A stretch of DNA of 49,857 nt from the sequence record OQ680139.1; one strand, written 5' to 3'. The first letter of the stretch is position 1. Each line of letters begins with the position of its first letter. The notes beneath the pieces were generated by a model. It did no database searches. It worked only from the letters and a program-made list of their open reading frames with translations, and was not told where the DNA came from. The stretch is from Escherichia phage PH1062. Position numbers and translations under genes: made by a program. Shown piece by piece: positions 37,377 through 46,365 of the stretch.

Positions 37377-37421
37377 ATAATACATCACCTCACCGATTCG
37401 TCTTTAGCAATTCGTGCTATT
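37377..37421 (-). promoter_or_regulatory. Family promoter M: element, 20 bp, TATTAT
   Basis: AATAGCACGAATTGCTAAA encodes NSTNC and stop of 37404..37832; followed by CTTCATCGAAACGAAGT. Confidence 0.55.
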
Positions 37422-37832
37422 CAGCATATCAGCAACTGCTTTCTTGTATTCCTCCTGGCCGTATGCCACCGCAGCGAACCCGCCACGCTCTCGGACACGC
37501 CGGAGGAAAGCCTTCTGCTCCTTGCTGACTGGTGATGCCTTTCCTTTCCCGCTCTTATTGACGCGCTTCAATTCTATGGCCCCGAAAGGATATTTGCCGA
37601 ACGGACCGAGAAGGAATACAAAGTCACTAACCCCCTTCAATAATCCGCTCTGAGCGTCCTTTAACGCTGTGTGGATATGCTTCTTGTTCTCATTAACGGC
37701 GTGCCAGAACAGCAAATCACCATGCCTAACCTTCGTCCAGGTCACACAATCGACCTGGTGTTTGTTCTCGGTCCATGTATCCGATTTGTCTGGATTGTAA
37801 TATTCCAGGTAGTCGACTTTATCTGTGATCAT
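37404..37832 (-). CDS. VRR-NUC domain nuclease (putative)
   Basis: 142 aa; D-x(n)-E-x-K-like core VSDFVFLLGPFGKYPFGAIELK. Confidence 0.5.
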   Translation of the reverse strand: MITDKVDYLEYYNPDKSDTWTENKHQVDCVTWTKVRHGDLLFWHAVNENKKHIHTALKDAQSGLLKGVSDFVFLLGPFGKYPFGAIELKRVNKSGKGKASPVSKEQKAFLRRVRERGGFAAVAYGQEEYKKAVADMLNSTNC

Positions 37833-39931
37833 AAGTTACCGTCCAATCCAAAATCCTTACGTGAGATAATATCCTCACCCTTTGCATTCTTGCGGTGAGT
37901 TACCCGCACCGGATGTGCTATGTGGTGAGCATTGTTTAAAATCATTTTCGCACTTCTGTAAGCCGCCATTAATTTTGCGATCTTACTGTCATGCACGTGA
38001 GGCAATACCCCTTTTTGTTTCCATATCGTGTGACATACCTGTGCCGTTGATTGAGGGAAAAACTTCTCATACGCGATGAAGTTAACTCCCACTGAGTCTG
38101 TCAGGTCGTACCGATAAAGAATACCAGTCTGATTACGTGTCAGCGTTACTTCAAAGCTGTTAACTGTGCACCAGTCGTTTTTGGTGTAAGCCTTACCAGT
38201 CAGGTTATCATTGGGATCTTTCAGGCTCACGTCACAGCAACGGCATATTCTCGCCACTACGTCATTCTCAGCGCCACACCCCTTAACGATAACCTCGCCA
38301 GTGCGATCATCAATTTGGTCTTCGCAGATACGAGACTTCCAGAAATACTCACAACGATTGCCATTTTCGTCTCTGTGAATGCAGCGGCGGGCGTAAAAAC
38401 TGTTCTCGGTTCCGCACAGTTCACATTTTTTCGGTTCTTTCTTACCATCAAAGCGGCGCTGGTACTGAGCCTCTTCAAGAATAGGATCGAAGTAAAGCTG
38501 ACCAAGCTCATCCATAGTGCCAGCGAAATCCCATACCAGGTGATCTTCCTTCACCATTCCCATCGCTTTTTGCCACGGCTTAAGCAATCGCATACCTCTA
38601 CCAAGCAACTGTATTAGAAGGGTGAGCGAGCCGATCTTGCGAAGGATTACCGAAAAATCCCAAAACGGAACGTTAACGCCAGTGGTTAGCGCCACCACCT
38701 GGAATATGTATTTAATCTCGCCACGGTTCGCCGCCTCAAGTATCTCTTGTCGTTTTTTGGTGTTCGTCTTCTCCGTGATGATCTCATAGGTAGCGTCAGG
38801 TGGCAGATAGCTCGCTGCCTCCTTGCAGTGTCGCTGACCTGCGCATGTAATCAGTACGCCATTTCGCTTTTTCGCTTCCTCTACGACCATCCCCATGATT
38901 CGCTTGGTCATGCTGGCGTTGTCATGGATTTTCTTCTCCATCGCCTTCATTTCTTTCTGACTGAAGTCAGCTGTTCCATCCTGACTGGACGCCTTGAACT
39001 CATCCAGATCATATCCAGCGTCACCGACACTTCCGAAAATGGTTGGGACAACAGAGCCGAACTCAATCAGGTAGCTGGTGTCGATGTTAGTAACCTGCTC
39101 GCGCCAGAATCCAGGTAGCTTAGGGTTATCAACAACGATCGGGGCCGTTCCTCTGAACTCGGAACCAGTCATGCCGAAGATGCGTAATTCCTTCCCGTTC
39201 TTCTCTTTACAGCGGCGCATCAATTCAGTGATAATGATCGTGTACTGGCTTCGCTTGGTTCCAAGAACAGGCTCGCCAGTCTTCCGGTTTATCAGCAATT
39301 GCTTATCCATCACCTGAACGCCAACCTCTACGCCATCAAGGTATCCATTGGCATAGCCTTCGCTGTTTTTCGGGTATTCAACGAATACACGCTCATCCTT
39401 TTCAGTGAGCATCATTTCAATCGTCTCTTCGTTGTCGATGGCGGCGGCGAGGTCTTCCCAATCCACCTGGTGACATTCATCAATACCCAGAACCATAGGT
39501 GTAAAATCACCAAGCGCCTTAAACAGACCGTTTGCAACCGATCCTTCCGAACCGACAACGATTGGGAAGTAAGCTGATTTTGTGTTCAAGCCAGCACAGT
39601 AAACTGAGTTAGGAACGCCAAAGTTTGAGATCTCCTCACTATCCTGAGCAACAATATCTCCCTGGCGCGCAAGAATCATCATCGACAAGCCCATCTCTTT
39701 GACGCGAGATGCGATCATGGCAAAGCCGATTGTTTTACCTGCCGACACTGACGCCTTAACGATGAATGGATGCTTATAACGAGCAATACGCTTTCCGATC
39801 TCATCATACATCACGCACTGATACTCGTAAGGAACCATATCACCGAACGTGAATTTATCCTGAATCTCTTTAATCTTTTGCGGGCCAAGTTCTTCTATCT
39901 GTTTTTTAATGGATTTAATGCGCATAGCCAT
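37829..39931 (-). CDS. SF2 DNA helicase (DExH) with C-terminal Cys-rich zinc-finger region
   Basis: 700 aa; Walker A VSAGKTIGF, DECH box GIDECHQ, C-terminal Cys clusters. Confidence 0.75.
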   Translation of the reverse strand: MAMRIKSIKKQIEELGPQKIKEIQDKFTFGDMVPYEYQCVMYDEIGKRIARYKHPFIVKASVSAGKTIGFAMIASRVKEMGLSMMILARQGDIVAQDSEEISNFGVPNSVYCAGLNTKSAYFPIVVGSEGSVANGLFKALGDFTPMVLGIDECHQVDWEDLAAAIDNEETIEMMLTEKDERVFVEYPKNSEGYANGYLDGVEVGVQVMDKQLLINRKTGEPVLGTKRSQYTIIITELMRRCKEKNGKELRIFGMTGSEFRGTAPIVVDNPKLPGFWREQVTNIDTSYLIEFGSVVPTIFGSVGDAGYDLDEFKASSQDGTADFSQKEMKAMEKKIHDNASMTKRIMGMVVEEAKKRNGVLITCAGQRHCKEAASYLPPDATYEIITEKTNTKKRQEILEAANRGEIKYIFQVVALTTGVNVPFWDFSVILRKIGSLTLLIQLLGRGMRLLKPWQKAMGMVKEDHLVWDFAGTMDELGQLYFDPILEEAQYQRRFDGKKEPKKCELCGTENSFYARRCIHRDENGNRCEYFWKSRICEDQIDDRTGEVIVKGCGAENDVVARICRCCDVSLKDPNDNLTGKAYTKNDWCTVNSFEVTLTRNQTGILYRYDLTDSVGVNFIAYEKFFPQSTAQVCHTIWKQKGVLPHVHDSKIAKLMAAYRSAKMILNNAHHIAHPVRVTHRKNAKGEDIISRKDFGLDGNL

Positions 39932-39968
39932 AGTATTAAATGCCTTTCATGTTCGTTCGATTGACGTT

Positions 39969-40012
39969 ATAATAACAACCATCGAAACCAATGTTTAACA
40001 AAAAGTGCTATT
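39969..40012 (-). promoter_or_regulatory. Family promoter N: element, 18 bp, TATTAT, upstream of helicase operon
   Basis: AATAGCACTTTTTGTTAAAC; lies in the divergent region between helicase and 40024..40497. Confidence 0.5.
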
Positions 40013-40023
40013 GAGGTGATAAA

Positions 40024-40497
40024 ATGAATGCAACTGATAAGCGTACTCTTAACGGTAACAACGGAACTATCCGCACGGAAGATAAGAAGCAGCGTAAGCG
40101 ACCGTCAGGTTACTATGTTCTCAAGGATGAAGTAAAGGCCGGATTAAGAGCGCGACTTGATATTGTATTTGAGTTCTACGGCAGCAAGGCGAATATGGCG
40201 AAGCAATTAAAAGTTACTCGCCAGGCGGTCGAAGAATGGTTTAAGCGTGGCATGATGTCGGCACGCGGCGCTCAACTGGCGCACAACAGATATAAGCGAA
40301 CTGGCGAAGGGTTCCGCGCTACATTCTGCCGACCGGATTTGCAATTCGACGGCAACGGTAAACCGCTGACACTGCGTTGCAAAAAGCGTCACATGCTGCG
40401 CGTCGTCACCGAGGCTGAACTAGCCACTAAGCCTGAATGTCGCTCATGGCGAAAAATTAAAGCAGCAAACGAAGCAGCACGAAAAGCTAAAGAATGA
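40024..40497 (+). CDS. Cro/YdaS-like helix-turn-helix DNA-binding protein (putative regulator)
   Basis: 157 aa; YGSKANMAKQLKVTRQAVEEWFKRGMMSARGAQLAH resembles Cro/YdaS HTH; basic termini. Confidence 0.5.
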   Translation: MNATDKRTLNGNNGTIRTEDKKQRKRPSGYYVLKDEVKAGLRARLDIVFEFYGSKANMAKQLKVTRQAVEEWFKRGMMSARGAQLAHNRYKRTGEGFRATFCRPDLQFDGNGKPLTLRCKKRHMLRVVTEAELATKPECRSWRKIKAANEAARKAKE

Positions 40498-40528
40498 CAA
40501 TCAAGGGGCGCTAGCCCCTTCATCTGAT

Positions 40529-41077
40529 CTATCTATCTCCGTCACACCCAAACTCACCATGATAATAATTACTGGCTTTTAAGTACGCTTCACGCGCCGA
40601 CTCCTTTGTGGTATGCCTTCCTAGCCATATTTTTTTATTATTAACCCATATCCACGCCGTGTACTTCCCTGTTTGCTTGCAGAATCCAACGCCTTTTACT
40701 CCTGATGTATTGTGAGATGGTTTTTTCATATTTCTATTGTTCTCAGATGATGACGCTTCCCTTAGGTTTTCTATCCTATTATCAGTCCTGATCCCGTTTT
40801 TATGATCTATATACTTAGAAGGCCATTCACCTTTACAAAGCGCCCATGAAACCCTATGGCATTTAACGTCGAATCCGAAAAATCTGAAAACCTTATAACC
40901 AGATTTATGGACCGTTCCGGCCTCATCTCCAGCCTTAACCCTATTAGATGTGCTTTTTACCCAAATTATAACTCCGTTGTCGTATTTAAGGTAATTCCTA
41001 AGCATATCAATACTAATCAATGACTCTTTTGCCTTCATTAAATCAAAGTCTTTGCTCATTTCATTTTCCTCATTCAT
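40529..41077 (-). CDS. HNH homing endonuclease with AP2-type domain (start may be Met at ~41059)
   Basis: YIDHKNGIRTDNRIENLREASSSEN then SGVKGVGFCKQTGKYTAWI; minus-strand gene inside a plus-strand block. Confidence 0.75.
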   Translation of the reverse strand: MNEENEMSKDFDLMKAKESLISIDMLRNYLKYDNGVIIWVKSTSNRVKAGDEAGTVHKSGYKVFRFFGFDVKCHRVSWALCKGEWPSKYIDHKNGIRTDNRIENLREASSSENNRNMKKPSHNTSGVKGVGFCKQTGKYTAWIWVNNKKIWLGRHTTKESAREAYLKASNYYHGEFGCDGDR

Positions 41078-41091
41078 GTGTTATGCTTTTA

Positions 41092-41121
41092 ATCATACCA
41101 ACCGTAACATGAGATAGTCAA
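41092..41121 (-). promoter_or_regulatory. Sigma70-like promoter TTGACT-18-TATGAT for the HNH gene
   Basis: Hexamers on the minus strand; -35 overlaps the primase start codon region. Confidence 0.45.
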
Positions 41122-42047
41122 TGATGGATATGTATCAAAAAGAGGAAGTTATACCTTACATGAAGGGTCTTTGGAGGGAAGCTCTGCAATCAATATGTGG
41201 CCTTGATAACTCATACTTCACGAAGCGACATGGGCCATGCCCGCATTGCTTTGGAAAGGACCGTTTTCGCTGGACTGACAATATTAACACCCCAGGCGAC
41301 GGCGGCGCGATCTGTAACTCATGCGGAAACGACTCAGGGATCGGTTGGTTGATGAAGTTAACTGGTATGCCATATAGCGAATGCATAAACATCCTGGGGA
41401 GATTTCTTGGAAAGGTTCCGCAGGAATACATTGTCAAGGCGAACAAGAAAGCGCGCAGGACTCCGGTAGCTGGCATCAATGTCATGATGGCAGATCATGA
41501 AGCGGTAATGAAAGTTATGGGGCGCACGGAGAAGCGTGTAAATACGCCACTAAGCATGTTTGAGTCACTGCCTACTGAATCATTCGATGTCGGCGTAAAA
41601 CTTCGTGAGGATGGCGGTGAGAGCGTATTTCACACCATACCGTGTCAACTTGTGCATGAGGATGGTCTTGATGACGAGTTTTGCAATATTTTGATTATTG
41701 ATGAAGAAGGAAGGGAGTCATTTTACGCGAAGAAATACACGAGTTGCTCAGTTGCCGTGACTGGTAAAACTGAAAAGGCGATATACTTATGCCTGAACTG
41801 GATTGATGCTCAGCATATTGCATTTCACACAAAGCAAGAAGTGTGGGCCTGTTTCACCCCTGAAAACCTCGAGATGGTTGCGTACAGATACAAAGGGGAT
41901 CGGGAGGTAATGGTGGCATGCGAACCGTCTGACAAAGAAACTTTGTATATGGCGGATGACCGACAATTAAAAATAATCATCCCGAACCCGGGAGGATACC
42001 GTTCAGGAATGCAAGCCAAGCTGTTCTCAGCAAGCGATCTGCTCTAA
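41121..42047 (+). CDS. DNA primase (zinc-ribbon plus catalytic domain)
   Basis: 308 aa; N-terminal GPCPHCFGKDRFRWTD...AICNSCG zinc-binding motif. Confidence 0.6.
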   Translation: MMDMYQKEEVIPYMKGLWREALQSICGLDNSYFTKRHGPCPHCFGKDRFRWTDNINTPGDGGAICNSCGNDSGIGWLMKLTGMPYSECINILGRFLGKVPQEYIVKANKKARRTPVAGINVMMADHEAVMKVMGRTEKRVNTPLSMFESLPTESFDVGVKLREDGGESVFHTIPCQLVHEDGLDDEFCNILIIDEEGRESFYAKKYTSCSVAVTGKTEKAIYLCLNWIDAQHIAFHTKQEVWACFTPENLEMVAYRYKGDREVMVACEPSDKETLYMADDRQLKIIIPNPGGYRSGMQAKLFSASDLL

Positions 42048-42068
42048 CCGTCTTCGGGCGGTTTTTTG
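42048..42068 (+). terminator. Intrinsic terminator after primase gene
   Basis: CCGTC-ttcg-GGCGG followed by TTTTTTGTT. Confidence 0.65.
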
Positions 42069-42076
42069 TTGCCCAG

Positions 42077-42105
42077 TTGCAAGACTCATAACACAATGAT
42101 AAAAT
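42077..42105 (+). promoter_or_regulatory. Sigma70-like promoter TTGCAA-17-TAAAAT for side tail fibre gene
   Basis: Predicted start site falls at the first nt of the inverted family element 42111-42130. Confidence 0.45.
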
Positions 42106-42110
42106 CTATG

Positions 42111-42130
42111 TTTAGCAATTCGTGCTATTT
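42111..42130 (-). promoter_or_regulatory. Family element in reverse orientation at the tail fibre promoter (operator-like position)
   Basis: TTTAGCAATTCGTGCTATTT on the plus strand between two plus-strand genes; ends 19 nt before ATG 42149. Confidence 0.45.
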
Positions 42131-42148
42131 ACTTAAGGAGTTTATATT

Positions 42149-44758
42149 ATGGCTTTATACAGACGCGGTACAGCATCAATGGATGCAGACGGAACGGTTC
42201 ACGGAACCGATACAAAATGGAACGATCAGCTTGCTCTGATTCGCGTAGGTGCAACTATCGTATTCCTGGAGCAACCAATTAAGCTGGCGGTAATCAGCGA
42301 TATTGTGAGCGACACAGAGCTAAAGGCTATCTCTACGGATGGTCAGACTGCCGCTGACGGAAAGTATGTAATCTTGCTTAACGATTCATTGACCGTTAAC
42401 GGGCTTGCGCAAAACGTTGCTGAGACGCTTCGGTACTACCAGAGCAAAGAGACCGAGATTGCTGGGGCAATGGATATCATTGCGAGTCTGGATATGGATA
42501 ACCTTAACCGTATCATTGAGGAAATTAAGGCGAACAAATCAGCCGCAGAATCTGCGCAGAATCAAGCGGAGCTTGCTCGCGACGCATCCGCTGCAAACCG
42601 TGATGCCGCAAGTCAATTTGCAACATCGGCAGAGCAAAGCAAGAATGCAGCAAAGACCAGTGAGACGAACGCCAACAACGCAAAGACCGACGCAGAGACA
42701 GCTAAATCACAGGCAGTAACTGCTAAAGACCAGGCTAAAGTATTTCGTGACGAGGCAGAGCAACTCGCAAATGGTGCCGATGCATCAAATAAGGTTGATA
42801 AAGTTGGGTCCGCTATCAACACCCCAACCAGCGTTGCTGACATGCTAAAAAGATTGCGAGACACGATAAAGGGTGGATTCTGGCGAGTTGATGATATAAG
42901 TCAGTTTCCATCCGGGCAAATGGCCCCGTTCAGATACGGTTCAGGGATTTGCGGCGGCGCTGGTGACACATTTTTTGCGTTTAACGTTGACTGGCAGTCC
43001 TCTAGCGTAAAGGTTTTCTCGGGAAACAATGACGCTATCAACGGAGAGTCTGGATATATTAGCTCTATTGAGCTGGCTAAACTTGGTACAAATGGGGACT
43101 TGGCGATCGCGGACGGCGGGACGGGAGCATCTAACGACCAGGGGGCGCGCGCCAACCTTCAGGCGATGCACGAGCGTCAAGCACCGTTGTTAAGCGAAGA
43201 CCTTAACGTATTAAAAGGGGATAAGGCTGGATTTTATTACACTAACATAAGTGCGAACGCGACCACGGATAAAAACTACCCAGTAGGCAAGGCTGGATGC
43301 CTTCTGGTCCAGAAAACTGGAGCTAACGACCCAAAAAGCTGCGTACAGACCTACACCGAATATAACAGCGGGCGAAGATTCATGCGGTGGATCTCGAATG
43401 GCGCGACAGACACCTGGTCGAACTGGTACGAACTGTATAACTCTGGGTCGTCGCCGACTTTTAATGGTAAAGTGACGGTGCCGCAGGTTGCGGTTGGCAC
43501 GGCTACTCTGCGGCCGGTAACTCCCGGAGAAGGAAGCGGAGACGGGGTTGTTTGGGAATCCAGCAACGCCACGGAGGCGAGTTTTGGCATTGCGAATGTT
43601 GGCGGCGGGTCTGCGGTGTTCCACAACTATTCAAAACCAGCAAACGGGTCTGGCGTGGCTACCGGAGTGCTTATTGGTGGGTACGGGTCGCGCCCGTGGA
43701 CTGGTACTACATATACGGACCACTCAAACGTGTCGCAGCACTTCCTCATGGACGGGACCGCTTCGGATACTAACCACGGCGGCTGGTTTAGGTTGCTAAC
43801 AACCCCATTGAATAAGACCAATGCAGATCGTAGGCAAACATTCGCGACCAGCAACAACGGCGACCTTTATATAGGTTTCGATGTACCTATGGGGCTTTAT
43901 AAGATAACGCAGGAAAGTTACAACGGATTGGAAATATTAAACGGTCGCGGTCTTAAACAAGTAAATAACACAGCTAATGAAATAGCCTTAATCACCCCAC
44001 GAAACGGGGCAACAGCTAATATAAATTTCAGAGGTGTAGCTTTTAATGGCTCAATGACCGGAGTTAAAGGTGCCACTCAGCAGGGAGACAACTTGTGGCT
44101 GTCTTTTGCAGGGCATGACGGTGTAAGATTCACGGGTGCCGCTGCCGGTATGCGGATTCAGGCGTCGACTGGATGGTCAGCCACAAACACGCAATGCGGA
44201 ATAACGTTTGCGACAACGAAAGCAGGGTCCACGCAGAGGGTGGATCGGTGGAGCATTACGAGCGACGGGTCGCTGTCCCCAGCTGCGGACAACGCATACC
44301 CGATCGGCAGTGCAGTCTCCCGTGTTAGTGCGGTCTACGCAGCAAACGGGGCCATACAGACCTCGGACGCAAGACTCAAGACCGAGGTTAGGGGTTTAAC
44401 AGAGGAGGAGATGGGCGCCGCTAAAGCAATCGCCCGCGAGTTTGGCTTTTTCCGGTGGCTTGAGAGAGTAGCCGAAGAGGGCGACGATGCGAGGCTCCAT
44501 GCAGGTATTACCGTGCAGAAAGTGATGGAAATCATGCGGTCTTACGGTCTGGACCCCTTGAAGTATGGATTCGTGTGTTACGACGAATGGGAGGAGACTT
44601 CAGAGGTTATCAGTGACCCCGATGATAATTCGAAGTCGACGATCAATATAACCCCCGCAGGCAATAGATATAGCTTGCGATATTCGGAACTAAACGTGTT
44701 TATCGCCAGAGGACTTGAGCAAAGAATCTCAGAACTGGAGGCTAAGTTAGCTGGTTGA
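42149..44758 (+). CDS. Side tail fibre with C-terminal intramolecular chaperone (peptidase S74) domain
   Basis: 869 aa; Ala-rich coiled-coil repeats; autoproteolysis-type motif SDARLK followed by HAGITVQKV...YSLRYSELNVFIARGLEQRISELEAKL. Confidence 0.75.
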   Translation: MALYRRGTASMDADGTVHGTDTKWNDQLALIRVGATIVFLEQPIKLAVISDIVSDTELKAISTDGQTAADGKYVILLNDSLTVNGLAQNVAETLRYYQSKETEIAGAMDIIASLDMDNLNRIIEEIKANKSAAESAQNQAELARDASAANRDAASQFATSAEQSKNAAKTSETNANNAKTDAETAKSQAVTAKDQAKVFRDEAEQLANGADASNKVDKVGSAINTPTSVADMLKRLRDTIKGGFWRVDDISQFPSGQMAPFRYGSGICGGAGDTFFAFNVDWQSSSVKVFSGNNDAINGESGYISSIELAKLGTNGDLAIADGGTGASNDQGARANLQAMHERQAPLLSEDLNVLKGDKAGFYYTNISANATTDKNYPVGKAGCLLVQKTGANDPKSCVQTYTEYNSGRRFMRWISNGATDTWSNWYELYNSGSSPTFNGKVTVPQVAVGTATLRPVTPGEGSGDGVVWESSNATEASFGIANVGGGSAVFHNYSKPANGSGVATGVLIGGYGSRPWTGTTYTDHSNVSQHFLMDGTASDTNHGGWFRLLTTPLNKTNADRRQTFATSNNGDLYIGFDVPMGLYKITQESYNGLEILNGRGLKQVNNTANEIALITPRNGATANINFRGVAFNGSMTGVKGATQQGDNLWLSFAGHDGVRFTGAAAGMRIQASTGWSATNTQCGITFATTKAGSTQRVDRWSITSDGSLSPAADNAYPIGSAVSRVSAVYAANGAIQTSDARLKTEVRGLTEEEMGAAKAIAREFGFFRWLERVAEEGDDARLHAGITVQKVMEIMRSYGLDPLKYGFVCYDEWEETSEVISDPDDNSKSTINITPAGNRYSLRYSELNVFIARGLEQRISELEAKLAG

Positions 44759-45084
44759 GAATGCAAGGCCTGGTCTTTCTAAGGTTGGCGGGTACACTTA
44801 CACCCTGAAAAAAGACGGAATGCCTTACGCTGGTATTATCGCTCAGGAGTTTATGGATGTAGTGCCGTGAGCTGTTAGCTCATATGAGGATTACGCTGAG
44901 CTTCAAGGTCCGACACTTGACGGGAAGGAACTTATTGGTAAGCAACGATTCTTCCAGGTTGACTACGCGGCTATCGCAGCTTACGAGGTGCAGGTGTGTA
45001 AAGAGCAGGAGGAAGAGATTGTTTCCTTAAGGAATGACGTTGATGAATTGAAATTGATTGTAAAATCGTTGCTTGATAGCAAGT
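44751..45084 (+). pseudogene. Degraded second intramolecular-chaperone module downstream of the tail fibre gene
   Basis: +1 frame after the fibre stop reads ...GGYTYTLKKDGMPYAGIIAQEFMDVVP, in-frame TGA, then ...QRFFQVDYAAIAAYEVQVCKEQEEEIVSLRNDVDELKLIVKSLLDSK; no start codon. Confidence 0.55.
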
Positions 45085-45115
45085 AAAAGAAAGCCCCGCA
45101 ATGCGGGGCTTTTTG
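45085..45115. terminator. Bidirectional intrinsic terminator between tail fibre region and ssb
   Basis: AGCCCCGCA-a-TGCGGGGCT flanked by A/T runs on both strands. Confidence 0.7.
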
Positions 45116-45589
45116 TCAGAATGGAATATCATCGTCGAACTGATTTTGCTGCTGTGGTGACTGATTTGGTTGCTGATTCTGGCGTTGTTGCTTCTGTTTC
45201 TGAGGATGCTGTTGCTGCTGTCGTTGCTGGCCTTGATTCTGCTGCTGCGCAGACTCACGCTGGCTGAATTGAAGTTGAGGCCGGATCATTTCAGCAGTAA
45301 CGTAAACAGTCCCGTCATTACCTTGGCGAGAAGATAAGTGAAGTGTATCGGCAGAAATTGAAACAACATTCCCTTCCTGGAACGCCTCATCATACCACTG
45401 CATGACATTTTCTTTTGCGAAGAATGTAGCGCGGTAGTTACTGTAAACCGTCTCATCCTCGCCCTGCTGATTGCGAATCTTCATGCGTTCTGACAGTTCA
45501 ACGGCGTACATTTTCCAACGACCGTTGTTGTTGCTGCCTTCTTTGGTGTATGGCGCTTTGCGGATCTGACCAGTGATTACGTGTGGCAT
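45116..45589 (-). CDS. ssb: Single-stranded DNA-binding protein
   Basis: 157 aa; Gln-rich linker and acidic C-terminal tip DDDIPF. Confidence 0.85.
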   Translation of the reverse strand: MPHVITGQIRKAPYTKEGSNNNGRWKMYAVELSERMKIRNQQGEDETVYSNYRATFFAKENVMQWYDEAFQEGNVVSISADTLHLSSRQGNDGTVYVTAEMIRPQLQFSQRESAQQQNQGQQRQQQQHPQKQKQQRQNQQPNQSPQQQNQFDDDIPF

Positions 45590-45627
45590 TGTATTTTCCT
45601 TTTTGGATGGGGCAGAAGCCCCGTTAA

Positions 45628-46284
45628 TTAGAATTGTTCGATGGATTCAGATTGTACAGGTTCGGGCGGTGCATTTGCAACCTTGTCTTCAACCTTTTGA
45701 GTATCGGCCTTTTTCGCTGGCTGGAAACCGCGAGCGTTACCGATACTCAGTTCAGCCTTGCGCTTCTGCAAGTGGTCTTCTGCAATCTTCCATTCCGCCG
45801 CGCCAAGTGAACCTTTCGCGCTCTTATAGATAACCTGGAGGTCTTCCAGTTTTTCACAGTTGGCGATAAGTTTTTTGTAGTCCGCTGCCGTTCGCTTCGC
45901 AATTTCTGCATCGTCATCGCTCTGAGTGATTCCAAGCGCTGCGCACAATGCGTAACGGCGACCGTATGATGTTGTTGAGCCGTAAGCCTGGGCGCTAATC
46001 TTCTCGATCGGCATGTTGTACTGGAACGCAAGCCACTCACCGGAGCTGTGAAGGATGAGTGTTTCAATATGCATTACCTTTTCTGTTGACGTGTCCAGAT
46101 TTGACTGGATAACCATAAGGTCATGCTCTTTTAGTGCTGGCTCTACGGCCTCCAGAACGTCCGTCAGGTTTGAGTAATGGTTTTTCAGGTGAGTGTTGAA
46201 GCCTGATTTTTTTGCGATTGCAAACTGCTTTTTAGCTGCAATTAGAGCGGCTGAAACATTCGAAAACTTCTCTGATGTACGCAT
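45628..46284 (-). CDS. erf: Erf-family single-strand annealing protein
   Basis: 218 aa; N-terminal pattern typical of Erf as I recall it; adjacent to ssb and exonuclease. Confidence 0.6.
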   Translation of the reverse strand: MRTSEKFSNVSAALIAAKKQFAIAKKSGFNTHLKNHYSNLTDVLEAVEPALKEHDLMVIQSNLDTSTEKVMHIETLILHSSGEWLAFQYNMPIEKISAQAYGSTTSYGRRYALCAALGITQSDDDAEIAKRTAADYKKLIANCEKLEDLQVIYKSAKGSLGAAEWKIAEDHLQKRKAELSIGNARGFQPAKKADTQKVEDKVANAPPEPVQSESIEQF

Positions 46285-46321
46285 TATATATACCTTTGTT
46301 TACTTCGTTTGATTTACGGTG

Positions 46322-46365
46322 ATTATAGCAAATCACCGCATTCTTGTTTAGCAAAAAGTGCTACG
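46322..46365 (-). promoter_or_regulatory. Family promoter P: element, 19 bp, TATAAT
   Basis: CGTAGCACTTTTTGCTAAA variant; overlaps TAG stop of the exonuclease gene; followed by ATCAAACGAAGTAAAC. Confidence 0.5.

Noticed and set aside
42405-43857. ORFs 42405..42719, 42613..42864, 42901..43180, 43211..43626 and 43548..43857 within the tail fibre gene
   Set aside because: Overlap the 869 aa tail fibre frame on either strand; Arg/Pro-rich translations typical of out-of-frame reading of GC-rich coding sequence.
44751-45084. Programmed +1 frameshift and TGA readthrough extending the tail fibre into the downstream chaperone-like sequence
   Set aside because: The fibre ORF already ends with a complete chaperone domain, so an extension would add a second, N-terminally truncated copy; a recombination relic is more parsimonious.
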